Made by a program: the position numbers and the translations under genes
Shown here: positions 32,311 through 45,848 of the stretch, in pieces
Position numbering within the stretch: position 1 is the first letter of the stretch
Layout of the letters: each line of letters begins with the position of its first letter
NCBI RefSeq assembly: GCF_009914755.1
Contig: NC_060939.1
DNA from: the human T2T-CHM13v2.0 reference genome, Homo sapiens
Reading direction: 5' to 3' (one strand)
DNA: 64,000 bases
Notes under the pieces: model-generated
Told to the model about the DNA's origin: nothing
Database searches by the model: none
The model's input: the letters and a program-made list of their open reading frames with translations, nothing else

Positions 32311-32625
32311 TGAATCTCATCTACTGTATCACCTGCTGATTCAAAAATCACCTTAGAGCCCAACTCCTTTACTTCACCTAATAAAACTTACTGAGCTTGG
32401 ACATGTAAAAACCACATGTGGTATATTTTCTTCCAGTGCAACAACGCCTATGAGACTGGGCAAGTTGAGACCAAGAGTGATCTCTCCTCTTCATACCAAA
32501 CAACTAGCCTATCATTTGAATATGCTATTATTTTACACATGAGTTTAAAAAGAAAACTATGCCTGACTATCACATTTCCTAAAACTGTAAGTTTCTAAGG
32601 ACTGCACTGACTCTGTATAACAATA

Positions 32626-32648
32626 TTATATATATATATATATATATA
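32626..32648. repeat. (TA)n microsatellite
   Basis: Directly visible. Confidence 0.9.
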
Positions 32649-33919
32649 ATCCCATAAAAATAAAGCAAGCAAGCATTTTGTAATTCTTATTTCACCTGTA
32701 AAAAGGCCAACCACATGACAATTTTACGAAGCATCTCATTTCTTTAGTAAACTATTGAAAGATCATCTCTCTCTCTTTGACATACATGGGCAGTGGAAGT
32801 CATAAGCAAAAGCAAAATGAAATGATCGTCAAAAATTCGTGCTTCTTACAGAGTACGGAATTCAATAGTCTAACTGCCAGGAATCTTGCTACTTCACGGT
32901 ATTATTTACATATTACAAATTATATTTAATTAGAGTTTGTTATTTGTTCCATTTTAAAGGTATTGGAAAATAAAATATTTCCCTTTGCTGACATACTAAC
33001 ACATTCTTTACTATATACTAAAACTTTATAACATTTTATGTCTTAGTGGTTTTTGGAAGGTCAATACCATTGCATACTTATATGCTGAAATAAATCCTTT
33101 TAAAAATCACATTGTCAATTCTCTTTGGCTTCAGAAAATAGACATGTCAAAAACTCAACTGGAAAGCAAATAAATCACAATACCTTTGAAGTGTTATTAA
33201 ATAATCCTGAAGACGAAATCTGAGTCAAACTACAAAAAGGCCCTCAATCTCTGCTACCAAGAATTGTGTTGGATTCATTCATATATCATTTATAGAAAAG
33301 AAGTAATCAGCATGTCTTTAGCCAAGCACAAACATGTTTGTTGAGATGGACTGTGTAAGTCCGAGGATTTTGCTCGCCACCCCTATATTTCCTTGGTCTA
33401 CAAGAAACAACTGTAGTTCAGCTGAGACTGTCTTTAACTGGTTTGTTTTTAAAGAGCTATATCTGCTGAAATGAGATTGCCTAAAAGCACTGCAATCCTC
33501 TCCAGTGGGATTACAAGTTATATTGGTAATAAATGTGTTCACTTAGGTAACAAGAAAGAAGAAAAAGGCAACCTACAAATAGTGCTGAAAATCTGAAGTT
33601 ATACATTTTCTCCAATGAAATAAAAGTAGTTGAATACCATATATTTCAAATAGAAACTCAAAAATCTGGGGATGTCCACAGCAAGACCTTCCCATAAGGA
33701 GCAAAATTATCTAGCAGTCCTTCTAAGAGGAACCTGAATTAGCATTCTCTATTGAACTAAAAAGTCGTAAGAGAATGTGAGTCACTTTTGAAGAGCTCAT
33801 TGAAGAATAAAATGAGACTTTAAGTCTTTAAAGAAACTATCTAGAAATATATACAAATCCTAAGTTGAATACAATGTAACAAAAATAACACTTATCAAAC
33901 ACCCTCATACTTACAATTC

Positions 33920-34561
33920 TATACCCTCTGGGAAGAACGGTATACATGGAGGGAAGCCATTTTCTAGCTGGACATACTAGGCTAGGGTTCCCGAAATCCA
34001 ATATATAGAGATTCAGGGGTTTGCTGCAAATATTCTAGAAGTGTATATCTAGAGTAAGAACTGTTCACTGCCAACCCAAGGGCCCATCCAACATAGAATA
34101 CACCAATAGGGACCCTTAAGAGGATTGGTTAGGTCCAGGACCTTCATAAGAGATCTAATTAGCTTTAGAAAACGGGCCAGAAACTCTTGTAACAGGAAAC
34201 TTTTCCGTTTACAGCAGGACTTGCCTACAAGATACCAAGACTAAATGCTGTTTCACTAGAATGGGACTTATTTCAACCAATCATATACAGATCTATGAAT
34301 TCATGCCATCCTATCCAAAATGCTGGTTTTCAATACTTAATTTGGATAACTACTCCAAACCTACCCTAACCACTGCTCTTTTCTAGTACTAAAATCCAGA
34401 CTTTTCTTCCTCAACAATTACTCACTGAATTTCTTTACTATATTTCTTTACCTGGCAAATGTAAAATCCTTACTATATTTCCTTACCTGGCAAATAAATA
34501 AACTCAGCTTTGTTTTATCTTGTTTTTTTAGCTCCATTGGTCTTTGTTATATTCTTTGACA
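33920..34561 (+). mobile_element. Old ERV-type LTR (family not identified; 5' boundary uncertain)
   Basis: CCAAT motifs, aataaactcagctttg poly(A) region and ctttgaca terminus resemble ERV1 LTR 3' ends. Confidence 0.45.
34435..34495 (+). repeat. 26-bp direct duplication
   Basis: ttactatatttctttacctggcaaat / ttactatatttccttacctggcaaat. Confidence 0.85.
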
Positions 34562-34834
34562 TATTGATTTTCAAGAATATTTTCATTCCTTTTCTTCCAC
34601 CAAAAGCAAATCAATACTGGCCTGGGAGCTAGAATCGGTCAATAGCATGACCTGCCCTGGTAATCAATAATACACGCTGGTTATGTAATAATACAGGCCG
34701 ATGGTTAGGTCATGCCACTGGCGTACCTGAAAATCTGCCAGATAATTAGAATCACCCTTTCAGCAAAAACAGCAACTCTCTGAGTACTCTGGTGGTACTG
34801 ATCAGTGCAGTTTTGGAAGGCTGGACATAACTGA

Positions 34835-35374
<540 letters not shown>

Positions 35375-35703
35375 TAATTTCAGAGTGAAGCATAACTGCC
35401 AGGTAAAATAAGTTTTATTTAGACAATATGAGCTAATAATATGATTTGCCTTGTTAGGTCAGCCTTGGCTCCCCAGCACTTCCCAAACCCTGCTCTCCCT
35501 CTTCACAGAGAATATCCCAGAGGCTCTGTGGAACCCAAACAGCAAAATGCTATTATGGAGTTTTAAATAATGGAGTAACATGCTAAAAATCATGTTTTAA
35601 GATTAATAACCTAAAAAGCTAATCTAGGACTACAGTTGGGAGACAATGGAAGCAAGGAAACCAACTCAACATGACATAATTGATCCTTAAAGAATACAGC
35701 AAT

Positions 35704-35871
35704 GGCCAGATGCAGTGATGTGTACTTGTAGTTCAAGTTACGTGGGAGACTGAGGCGAAAGCACTGCTTGAGGCCAGGAGTTAATGGCTGTAGTGCACTA
35801 TGATGGGGCCTGTGAATAGCCACTGCACTTCAGTTTGGGCAACATAGTGAGACCCTGTCTCTTAAAAAAAA
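35704..35871 (+). mobile_element. FAM (fossil Alu monomer)
   Basis: Monomer retaining 7SL-derived gcctgtgaatagccactgcact; degenerate TSD aagaatacagcaat / aagaataaggcaat. Confidence 0.85.
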
Positions 35872-36509
35872 TAATTTTTTCTTTAAAAGAATAAGGCAAT
35901 GGCTCTAAGAACAGTAAAGAAGAACTGAATCTGACATTACCAACAAACTTTATCTTTTCCATTACAGATTCAATTCATTGAGTAAACAGAAAGGTTCACT
36001 TGTAAGGCATAGAGTCATTTTTATCCATCCAGGTTACAGAGTGCTGAAATTCAACCACCAGAAAATCATCCTTTTCAATTACAACACTCTACTCTCCCAA
36101 CATTTTCTCCAAAAATATTCTAGAAGGAGCAATTTCAGAAGTACTCATTTAGCCATTATTGCTGCTTTGATGGCAATTAGCTTGCCTGCTTGCCTTCTCC
36201 AGGCACTTTCACCTCTACCCCAACCCCAAAGCACACCATAGTATCCCCCAAAGCCACCTTGATAAAAAGGGATAGGGCAAAAACAAGAATCTAAGAACCT
36301 AATTGTATCTGAACTGGAAGTGGGACTAAAAGAAATGAGATGCTTTGCCAAAATTTGGAATAAAACCAGAGTTAAGTTTTTAAAATTCTAATGTCAGGGT
36401 TCTAAGATAACCTTCATATTTTCTCTGCCTTTGGATACAATATATCAAAAACCAAAAATCCTTGTAAAATTAAAATTCACAGAAAAGTTTCAAGCTAGAC
36501 TCCATCCAT

Positions 36510-36580
36510 GTCTCTCTCTTTCTCTCTCACTCTCACTCATACCCTCCCTCCCTCCTCTCTATCTATCTCTATCTCTATCT
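36510..36580 (+). repeat. CT-rich low-complexity tract
   Basis: tctctctctt...ccctccctc...tctatctatctc. Confidence 0.8.
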
Positions 36581-37455
36581 TTAACTTTAGTGGGGCAAGA
36601 GTGGTTAATAGAAACAGCTAACAAATCAAAGAGCTTCCTTCAGGGATTCCCTGCCACCATCAGGGCAAAGTTCTGACTTGACAGCCTGGTAACACAAGGC
36701 CCCTAATATTTGACACCCAACAGTCCTTTCCAATCTCATCCTTCACCATGCTACTTTCCATTTCCTCATTCACCAATCATTTCTACTGAATGTCTATAGA
36801 TCCCCAGTCTTTAACGTTGTCTAATACTTCCATACCTTGGCTCATTCTTTCACCTTGTCTGATACTCTTTCGCCTTGTCTGTGTGGCTATGTGAGGCTCG
36901 AGTTCTTCTCTTAGAAATATTTCCTGACATCCTTCCTCTTGGGCCCTTCAATACACCCCTCTCTAACCCACACCAAATCTGCATTAGGCTCCCTCCTTCA
37001 TGCACACCTCTATCAAACTTCTTAGAGGGTACTGTCAATTCCAAAACTAGGGAATGCTTGCCACATTATAGGTACTAAAATGGTCATTAGTTTCCAGTTC
37101 TGTGTTCCTCCTAGAGCAGAGTCATTTTTCTTTCTCTTCTTTTTCTTCTATTTTGTCTAAGAATCCTCGGTATTCTTCCTATTAACTTGACAGTTTTATG
37201 CACATTTGGAATATGGCTATTAGCTTCTTAAAGGGGAATCCAAATGAAATTAAATACACAAGGAAGTTTTTCCATACCGGGCTCAATGAATCAATCTGAC
37301 CCCAAAAATGAACTTTTATGAATATTCAGACTACTACTAAAACAAAGGAAAAAATAACTTTTCTTAAAATGTTTATTGATCTACTTTGAAAATGTATTAA
37401 TACATCAGCTTCTGAATCATCAAAATGTTGAAATATGAAATCAGTTTGTATCTCC

Positions 37456-37761
37456 TTTTTTTTTTTTTTTTTTTTTGACACGAAGTCTTGCTCTATTGCC
37501 CAGGCTGGAGCGTAAGTGGTATGAGCTCAACTCACTGCAACCTCCGTTGCCCGGGTTCAAGCAAGTCTCCTTTCTCAGCCTCCCGAGTAGCTGGGATTAC
37601 AGGCTCCCGCCACCACGTCCAGGTTTAATTTTTGTATTTTTAGTAGAGATGGGGTTTCACCATATTGGTTAGGCTGGTCTCAAACTCCTGACCTCAGGTG
37701 ATCCACACCTCTCAGCCTCCCAAAGTGCTGGGATTACAGACATGAGCTACCATGCCCAGCC
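37456..37761 (-). mobile_element. AluSx
   Basis: Minus dimer; TSD cagtttgtatc / cagtttatatc. Confidence 0.93.
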
Positions 37762-39199
37762 AGTTTATATCATTATTTTAAATAGAGAAGAATATCCACA
37801 CTGCAATAGGAAATCTGCCTTGAGAAGAAACATCAGAGTTAAAACTTGCAACATCTGACTCCACGTTCCTTTTTGATCTTTTTAGGTAGGATAACTGTTA
37901 AAGGATACATAAAAATGTGATAACCCTACTTGTCAGAACTCTGTTCAAAATCTTCCCACTAGGGATTCAGACTGGGGACTGCATGACATCCTTATGCTAT
38001 CGGTGTGAAAAACAAAAAGCAAGCTTTGAGCAAAAACGCTACCCAAGGCTATACTCAGTTATAGCCTCAAACTGGCATCACCCCCATATACAACATCATT
38101 TTTATAATATTACTTACTAGATTTAGGAATTCTACCAAATTAATGGTTCTAATAAAAGCACAGAAATGTGATCTAATATAAAATACTCATGTGGGTCTTG
38201 CTTTGCTTTTTAGAATGACTTTGGTCAATCTAAACTTTTCTATTTCTTAAGCTCTAAGATGTAGCAATTATAAAGTCACTATTTTAAAATGTTTTCTAAG
38301 CTACCTGGTGCACTTTAACTCAGTTACTCTCTCTAGCTCTAAAAATCAAACTACCCGTTCATGGAAACATACTTAGGATTAAACACTGTAAAATATAGAT
38401 TGCAAATAAAAACACCAGTCAACTTGAATCAAAAGATTAAACTCTAACAAAATGATTTACAATTATACCTCAATAATAAAAATGTAAGTGAATTCAATAC
38501 TAATTGTAATACAGTGGGGTTTCCCTTATTTACCTGAGGGAGGGTATGGAATGTAGAAAATAAATTAGGTATTCTGAAGATCAGAGTAAAACAAAACATA
38601 ACCTAGCTAGATCTGAAATTTAGTGCAAAAAAAAAAAACAAGCTCACAAACTATTATATTTTTGTCCTTTACCTTTACTCCTTCCCTGCTGCCAGCCACC
38701 TGTTTTAGATATTCTCATGCAGAGAAAATAGCAACAATGCCATTTTCCTTCCAAATGCAATCAGGTTTTGGCAAACTTCAGTCAGTATGTCAGTTAAAAA
38801 CAGAAACAACCCAAAATGTGATTTGGCAAATAACTACTTAAGTATTGAGTAGTTCCTCCCCTGAATGGTATTGCACTTTCCATTTATCATTTTTAAATGT
38901 ACAAAGAAAACTGAAAATCTGCACATGTAGCTGGACAAGTAATAGTTTCCAAATTAATAATACATTATGCATTACTCTATTAAGCATACATTAAGAGCAA
39001 AATTATGCCATTTTGGAAACAGAACTCCTTGTGAGAGTGGTCCTTACTGTTGTGGTATTTCAAACCACTGCTTTCATTTTTATATAAACCTTATTGACAC
39101 CTTTTTAAGTTAGTATTCAAATTTGCCAGAAGTTTAAACAACTGTTTTCATCAACATGTGTGCCAACTGCCTTCCCTTGGCCCTCCACCAGATCCATTT

Positions 39200-39352
39200 A
39201 GGATTCTCAGACTAAGCCTGCCTAAATAAAGTTTTATTTTAATAGTCACACCCATTTGGTTACAAGTTGCTTATGGCTGCTTTTGCTGTATGTCAACAGT
39301 TGAGTAGTTGTGACAGATCATCTGGCTCTAAGGAAAAAGTCTGCCAGCCCAG
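39200..39352. mobile_element. MER58A-like hAT-Charlie MITE remnant
   Basis: taaataaagttttatt...atggctgctttt...gttgagtagttgtgacaga. Confidence 0.7.
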
Positions 39353-40339
39353 GCCTTTTTACAAATAAACTTGATAAAATCCCCTCACCACTGTCTTCAC
39401 TGTTCATCTATGAAATAAAGGTGAAAGAGTGCTTACAGAATTTCTCAGAGCATATGCAATTAACTTTTTAATATTTATACTACTTGGAACCCATGTATAA
39501 GATACTTTCCTGAAATACTGAGTTGATTCAGCAACTCAGGTGAACCTAAAATCTTCTCAGATTCAAAATGTAAAATGCCTACACCCAAAACCACACTAAT
39601 TACTATTACTCAGCAATAAGTATAACACCATCATAAGGAAGTTGAGTAATGACAGAAGCCTATTTGTCTGTCATTATTTCTGCTATAGAATTTTCAAGTA
39701 AAAATAAAAAACAAAACAAAAATGTTTAGAGGTGGTTAAAACAAATGTTCTTTAAAGTTTTGCAAATAGAAGACAATTGTTTTATTTTCAATGATGCTGT
39801 TTCACTCTAAAGCCATTCTAAAATTTTCCAGCAAAAAATAAAAGGACCAAACTTCAGATTAAAATGTCAGATAGCTAAATATTAAACAAATATCTGAGGA
39901 ATAAAGGGAGCTATGGGGATGCTCTGGTTGTTAACTTCATTGTAATTATTTTGTGTATTACAATTTTCACTCTGTAAAGGTAAGGACATAGATATGGCAA
40001 AGGAGTCTTTTTTCTAACCCAGCCCAGATACTTCGAGACCCCTATAAGGAAGGCTATCTGGGGACTGGGTGCCAAGGCTGCCTCAATCTGCAGAGAAGAT
40101 GAACAAAAGGAAGTCACACTGTATGAAAATAATTCATGGAAAACCCTGAAGTCTGAAAGGCACATTTCTAAAGAAGAGTCACATCATTTTATCATGGTGA
40201 TTAAGAGAGGCACTTATTTAGATGCCACCTGAGCCTTTGGTCTTCTAACACCAACTGCCTCCTGACTAGTTAAAAGCATTGGGAATTTCCAAAGGACCAT
40301 GCTTAGGGCAGAATATATGAAGAAGGAAGGAGCCTTAGT

Positions 40340-40720
40340 TTTAGAATGAGTCAGATAAACCTGGTTTGAATCTAGCACCCATTTTATATGTGACCTTGGG
40401 CCAATTATTTAGCCTCTCTGAGTCTTCGTCTCTTCATGAGGATAAAAATGGTACTATTTTCATAGAACTGCTATGAGGATTAATGGAGCTATTATAGGAG
40501 GCACTGACTCCTGGAATGTAAAAATAATTAATAACAGCAGCTAAACATATATAGAACTAAAGGCCAGGAATATATTCCTCAGCATTTATTCCTCAGAAAA
40601 TCTATTTAGTAGGTATTATAACTTGTCCAAAGTCACAAAACAAGCAAGTTGCAGAACCAGATGTGGACCCACGAAGTACGCCTCCAATGTCTTTGTTCTT
40701 AATTACCTCTTATACTGAAG
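40340..40720. mobile_element. Two MIRs (+ then -)
   Basis: tgtgaccttgggccaattatttagcctctctgagtc; aacttgtccaaagtcacaaaacaagcaagt. Confidence 0.7.
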
Positions 40721-41079
40721 TTATTATTAGAATGAGCATCCCAAGTATTCCTAAGAATGGCTCTATGTACAACAAAGTATGTGAAGCCTTCTTCATCAAT
40801 ATTTGAATTTTCATAGATTTCTAGTTTGGAAACAATCCTGCTTTGTTGTTAAAATGCTGTTGGTAGCACAAAGCTATTAACATTATGGTCATAAATTCAA
40901 TATCTGTTTAGGTCACTTAATTACAATCAGAGGGAAAAAATTTTCCAAAACCCCAATCCATTTAGGCTGGCTTTGTTCATACCCATCAGAACAAGGACTG
41001 CATTAAAAAAATAGAAAGGGCTATGGAACAAACACCTCTTCATGAGGAGCTCAGAAGGGATTCTGGTGGCATCATAAAA

Positions 41080-41190
41080 TGAGAGACTCAGAGATAGAAG
41101 GGCCTTGATTTAACTCCCTTATTTTACAGAGTGAGAAATGAAGCCAAGAGAGAAGTGTTGCTTTCCCCATGTCCCACAGTTGGTTATCCA
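41080..41190 (-). mobile_element. MIR fragment
   Basis: cttattttacagagtgagaaatgaagccaagagagaagtg. Confidence 0.6.
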
Positions 41191-42476
41191 TCACATCAGA
41201 CCATGTGCAAGAAGATCTTCCCACGACACCACTATGTCTAGATTCCTACTGAACTGCAAACTCATGCCTCGTTAATACCTCAATTGACAGTCATGCATAG
41301 CTGGCTACTACACAACAGAAATATACTGGAAATCAGCAGATGGAGAGGGATCCTCTCACCAAAGATCTTTAAAGAATTTCTCTAATACAATTATTGTGTA
41401 TCCATAGTAAAAAAAAAATCTATTTAAACAAGACATAGTAAACTTGTTAACTCAATAAAGTGCAGACGTATAAGTTTGTAAACATTCCTAATACACTTCT
41501 GAACTATTTCTGTGTTCTCAACATAGAATAAGTCTCCAACAGAAATTATCTCCCTCCTTCTAGAATCTCTCACAAGAAAACTCCCATTAAGGCCTGATTA
41601 CAATCTTGATAATCTTTTCTACAAAAACACTTGCTCCCTTAAATTAATAAGTTATTAAATTCTCTCTTCCTGGAAACAAATCCATCAATAGACTTTTAAA
41701 ATGGTAAGTTACCTGATACTTTACTCTCTTCAAAGACTGGCTGTTCACTGCCTAGGTGTAAATATAATTAGCCTGCTCCTAAAATAATTTTGTAGGGTAA
41801 GAATTCCCTCATACTAGGTTACAAATATTTGTCTTTATGCACATCTTACCTTTTGTTTAAGGCAAAACAGATGGATTTGTTGTTCAAATTCAAAACAATC
41901 ACATAAGGAAAGTGATTTGCTCACAGCTGATGCTTTCAACTCCTTTTATGACAACCCTAACTAATGTGTACGATCTCCTCTCTTAGCAGAACTGAGAATT
42001 ACATCTCCAATAGGGAAGTAGCTCTCCAGTGACATACCTAAGCAGCCAAACTAAGGTTACATAACTAAATTAAGCAAAAATGAAAAAGCATTACCCAGGA
42101 AAATGTGTTATAAAGTTACTTGAGGAAGCTATGAGAATTCCCAAAAAAACAAGCAATAATTATCTTTCCCTCTATAGCAAAACAATTAAAAATTAAAAAT
42201 AAATAAAATAGTGACAGTGATGGGAAAGGAACAAGCTATATATTCCAAAGGAAGAACTACCAGACTTGGTTAGATATAAAGATGAAGCACTCAATGAATA
42301 AAAAGTGACTTCAGCATTTTGGTATCTGGCCAACTATGTGGATGGCAGCCTTCTTGACAAACCCAGAAGTCAGAGGAGAGTTGGTTAGTAAGGAGGGGAG
42401 GTAGGGCCAGTTTTACCCTGTTGAAGTGAATGTTAGCAAGTGGGTATACTTAGCATGTTCTAAGTATATATAGCTG

Positions 42477-42642
42477 AAATTAGCTGGGCGTGGTGGTGTG
42501 CACCTGTGGTCCCAGCTACTTGTGGGGCTTGAGGCAGGAGGATCGCTTGAGCCCAGGAGGTAAAAGCTGCAGTAAGTCATGATAGCATCACTACACTCCA
42601 GCCTGGGCAACAGAGCAAGATCCTGTCTCAAAAAAATAAAAA
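42477..42642 (+). mobile_element. FRAM / AluJ right monomer
   Basis: aattagctgggcgtggtgg...cctgtctcaaaaaa, no left arm. Confidence 0.85.
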
Positions 42643-43002
42643 CAACTTGAAAAGTATATGCAACTGGATCACGCGTAAACTGAAGGTACAAAACTTGAGC
42701 CTCTTGTAGAAGTTTAAACATGAAAATGTTTAATTACCAATGTGGGCTTCATAGGTAAAAGGTAAAGCCTCAGAGTGATAGATATGACATGCTAACGTGC
42801 AGCTAATGAAATCTGTATCAGAACTTTTAGTGTATTACAACACTTGCTCAGATAGTTGCAGTTGCTATTCAGTGTCTGCCTCCTTTTCCCCTGCTTAAAC
42901 ACTCCAAATAAAAGACGACTCATATTGGCATCTCGTTTACAGAAAAATATAATTTAATACTATGTCAACTAACTCAGGAAATATTAACTCCAGAATGCTT
43001 AC

Positions 43003-43238
43003 CTGAATCTTCTCTCCGTGTATCAAACAATACATGCAATTTGCCTTCTCTGAACCATATCTACATATAGCTATCACTTAGAACATATATCTTCAACATT
43101 TCACGTTGATCATTGTTTTCTGTTAAATATACATAATGTTTCTATTTCTACATTTTCCTTTCAACTGCTAATATTCTCTTCATCCTCTCTTCTACAGTTT
43201 CAAGTTTGAATTCTGGGTCTCCAAGTTAAAACTTCACA
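43003..43238 (-). other. Candidate 236-nt non-coding/poison exon
   Basis: Acceptor poly-T gtag|TGTG, donor CAG|gtaagc, purine-rich body; all three frames stop within ~40 nt. Confidence 0.3.
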
Positions 43239-43397
43239 CTACAAAAAAAAAAAAAATACTCCATCAAACAGGCCTTATATGAATTGTTTACCAGAGATAC
43301 TTGAATAAATTTGTTTCCATCCTATCTTTTATGTTCCACATTTATTAACTTAACTTTCTTCATACCTTCTTTCTGCCTGTCTACCTTCTTTTGCTTA

Positions 43398-43688
<291 letters not shown>

Positions 43689-43789
43689 TTCTCTTTTTTT
43701 AGTTGTATCATTTACAAGTTTTTATAGGAAAAATTTTGACCCTAATTTTGGGATTCAGCTTTCTAATTCTGAGCAAAAAAGGAAAAAGC

Positions 43790-43920
43790 TGTAGAGTGAA
43801 TCAACCCTGTGTGTCACTAGACAGGTGTGCAACCTTAGGCAAATTATTTGACCTTTCTGAGCCTTGCTTTCCTAATTTGCAAATGGGAGATAATACCATC
43901 TCTCATGGAGGGATGTTTTG
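43790..43920 (+). mobile_element. MIR
   Basis: accttaggcaaattatttgacctttctgagccttgctttcctaatttgcaaatggga. Confidence 0.7.
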
Positions 43921-44384
43921 CAAGTCAAAGAAAAAGAAACGTAACAAAGCTGGGATGATAACTTGTGGTTATACATGAAATTTTATAGGTTATTATGAAA
44001 GTAATTATCTTAGAGGCCATTTCAGAACTTAGCTACCAAACACACTGGATGCACTTTCTAATTCTGTCTTCAACTCAAGGACAGAGTACAAATTAGATTA
44101 CTGAAGTTTTATTGGAGGAGGCATCAAGGTGTGCATGTAATAGAAATCTAGGGTTACTACCTTTTTGTAGAAAGGCTAGAATACAAACACGGGAAAGCCA
44201 AATCTCAAGGTTTACTATGTTCCACCATCCCTGTATACCCTAGAAGGTAGTAAAATCTTGACTGCAATTGGAAGGTTTACAGTGTATTTCAAGCAGGGAA
44301 CTGCTACATGGCATTTAGACTCACAATTCCAAGCAGAAATGGGATTAGTGTAGTCTGTATTTCATTGCTGATTTGAAACAGAAT

Positions 44385-44555
44385 GATGATAATGAATACA
44401 TTAACTTTACAACTAATATTACATGCCACGTACTATGTTAAGTGTTTTGTATTCATCATTAATCCTCATAACAACCCTATGAAGTGGATACTTTTATCTC
44501 ATTTGACAAATGAAAGAAAACTGAAGCTTGGGAGAGCTGGGATTCAAACCCAGAT
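44385..44555 (-). mobile_element. MIR
   Basis: aatcctcataacaaccctatgaagtgg...gaaaactgaagct. Confidence 0.7.
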
Positions 44556-45071
44556 AACAGTAAAAATTTCAAAACAGTGAAAATGTCAATAACACAGCAA
44601 CAAGTTATGTGCTGACAGTAAGATACCAATATTTCAGCAGTCAGAGCTATTTGAGTATCTGTGGGGGAAGTGGAGCATCATATTCACCTAACTGTATAAG
44701 TAAGAGCAGGAAAGAGGGAGAAGAAAAAGAAAGGATTACATCCAGAGCAGCAATTCTGGAATTTTCAAATATTAAAAATCATGACACTGTCAAATTAAGC
44801 ATAGCCTGCTTTGAGGATAATTAGGGCTTTCCAGAGCTAAAGTTCTCCACCTGCTTTCTACCTGACACATGGTGATGGATGACAGCATTAGAAGCTGATG
44901 TTATGTGCTATCATATGCTCAACACACTTCCATGGGCACAGGTAGGCCTCTGTAAAACTCCCAGAACATCAGCTGCACCTCTGTGGCTTCTCATCTTCCT
45001 CAGGAAAGCATATTAGAATGAAAATGAGTAAAAGAAGTATGAATTTTATCTGTATCAAATATGTACATGTT

Positions 45072-45290
45072 AATATTTACTGAACATTGGTACTATGTGC
45101 CAGGCATGTTCTAAGCCCTTTGCCTCTATTAATCCACAAATGAGACTATAAATTAGACACTATTTTCATTTTAAAGATGAGATAACTAAGAAACAAAATA
45201 AGTAATTTGCTGAAGATCACAAATAAGGGAGATCACAGTGCCAGGATTTCAACAAGGTGGTCTGGTTGCAGATCCCCAGCTCTTAAACAG
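45072..45290 (-). mobile_element. MIR
   Basis: tactatgtgccaggcatgttctaag...attttaaagatgagataactaag. Confidence 0.7.
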
Positions 45291-45737
45291 GACAATAAAC
45301 TGTCAACTTTTCCTGGGGCACAATCCAGTAGACAGATGCCCGGGGAATTCCAGGAACTCCTTGCAAGATGACACAACCAAAAAGAAGAACTTTTGCCTCT
45401 GCAGAATAAGTTCAAAGGGCTCCCTAGGACTGTGAGGGTGCACTGTCCCCATCAGGATTTTAGTTTAAAGTCACAGAGACCTTGAATCCCAGCCCCACAG
45501 ACTTAGAAGACTCTATTTATGACTCTCCTTATTCCTGGGTAAGCTGGGCAGTAAGAATCTTCTTAGTTACCCCAGCAAATGATACTGGTTGAGGCAGCCC
45601 AGACCCATGGTGCTACTGCTGAGCTACACAGTATCCACATAGTTTCACATAAAGAATAGGAATACAACTCCTTGCTCTGAAACAAGAACTGTGCATTAAA
45701 GATTCATTCAGTCTTCTGGGTAGCACTGTTCACATAC

Positions 45738-45848
45738 CATTCATTCAACAGTATTTACTGCAAGCTGCTATATACCAGACACTATTCTAAGTGCTAGAAT
45801 ACCTCTGTGAACAAGAAGAACCCTGCTCACAAAGTTTATATTCTAAAC
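45738..45848 (-). mobile_element. L2 3' end
   Basis: cattcattcaacagtatttactg...ccagacactattctaagtgct. Confidence 0.7.

Noticed and set aside
32821-32845. aaaattcgtg resemblance to the U6 snRNA 3' region
   Set aside because: Only about 10 nt of similarity and the flanks do not match
33318-33542. 74-aa minus ORF with an internal acceptor (tttcttgtag|ACCAAGG)
   Set aside because: No recognisable homology, no strong donor, and all frames close soon after
34640-34716. gcatgacct ... aggtcatgc inverted repeat
   Set aside because: Only a 9-bp stem with an unpaired interior; not supportable as an RNA hairpin or a MITE
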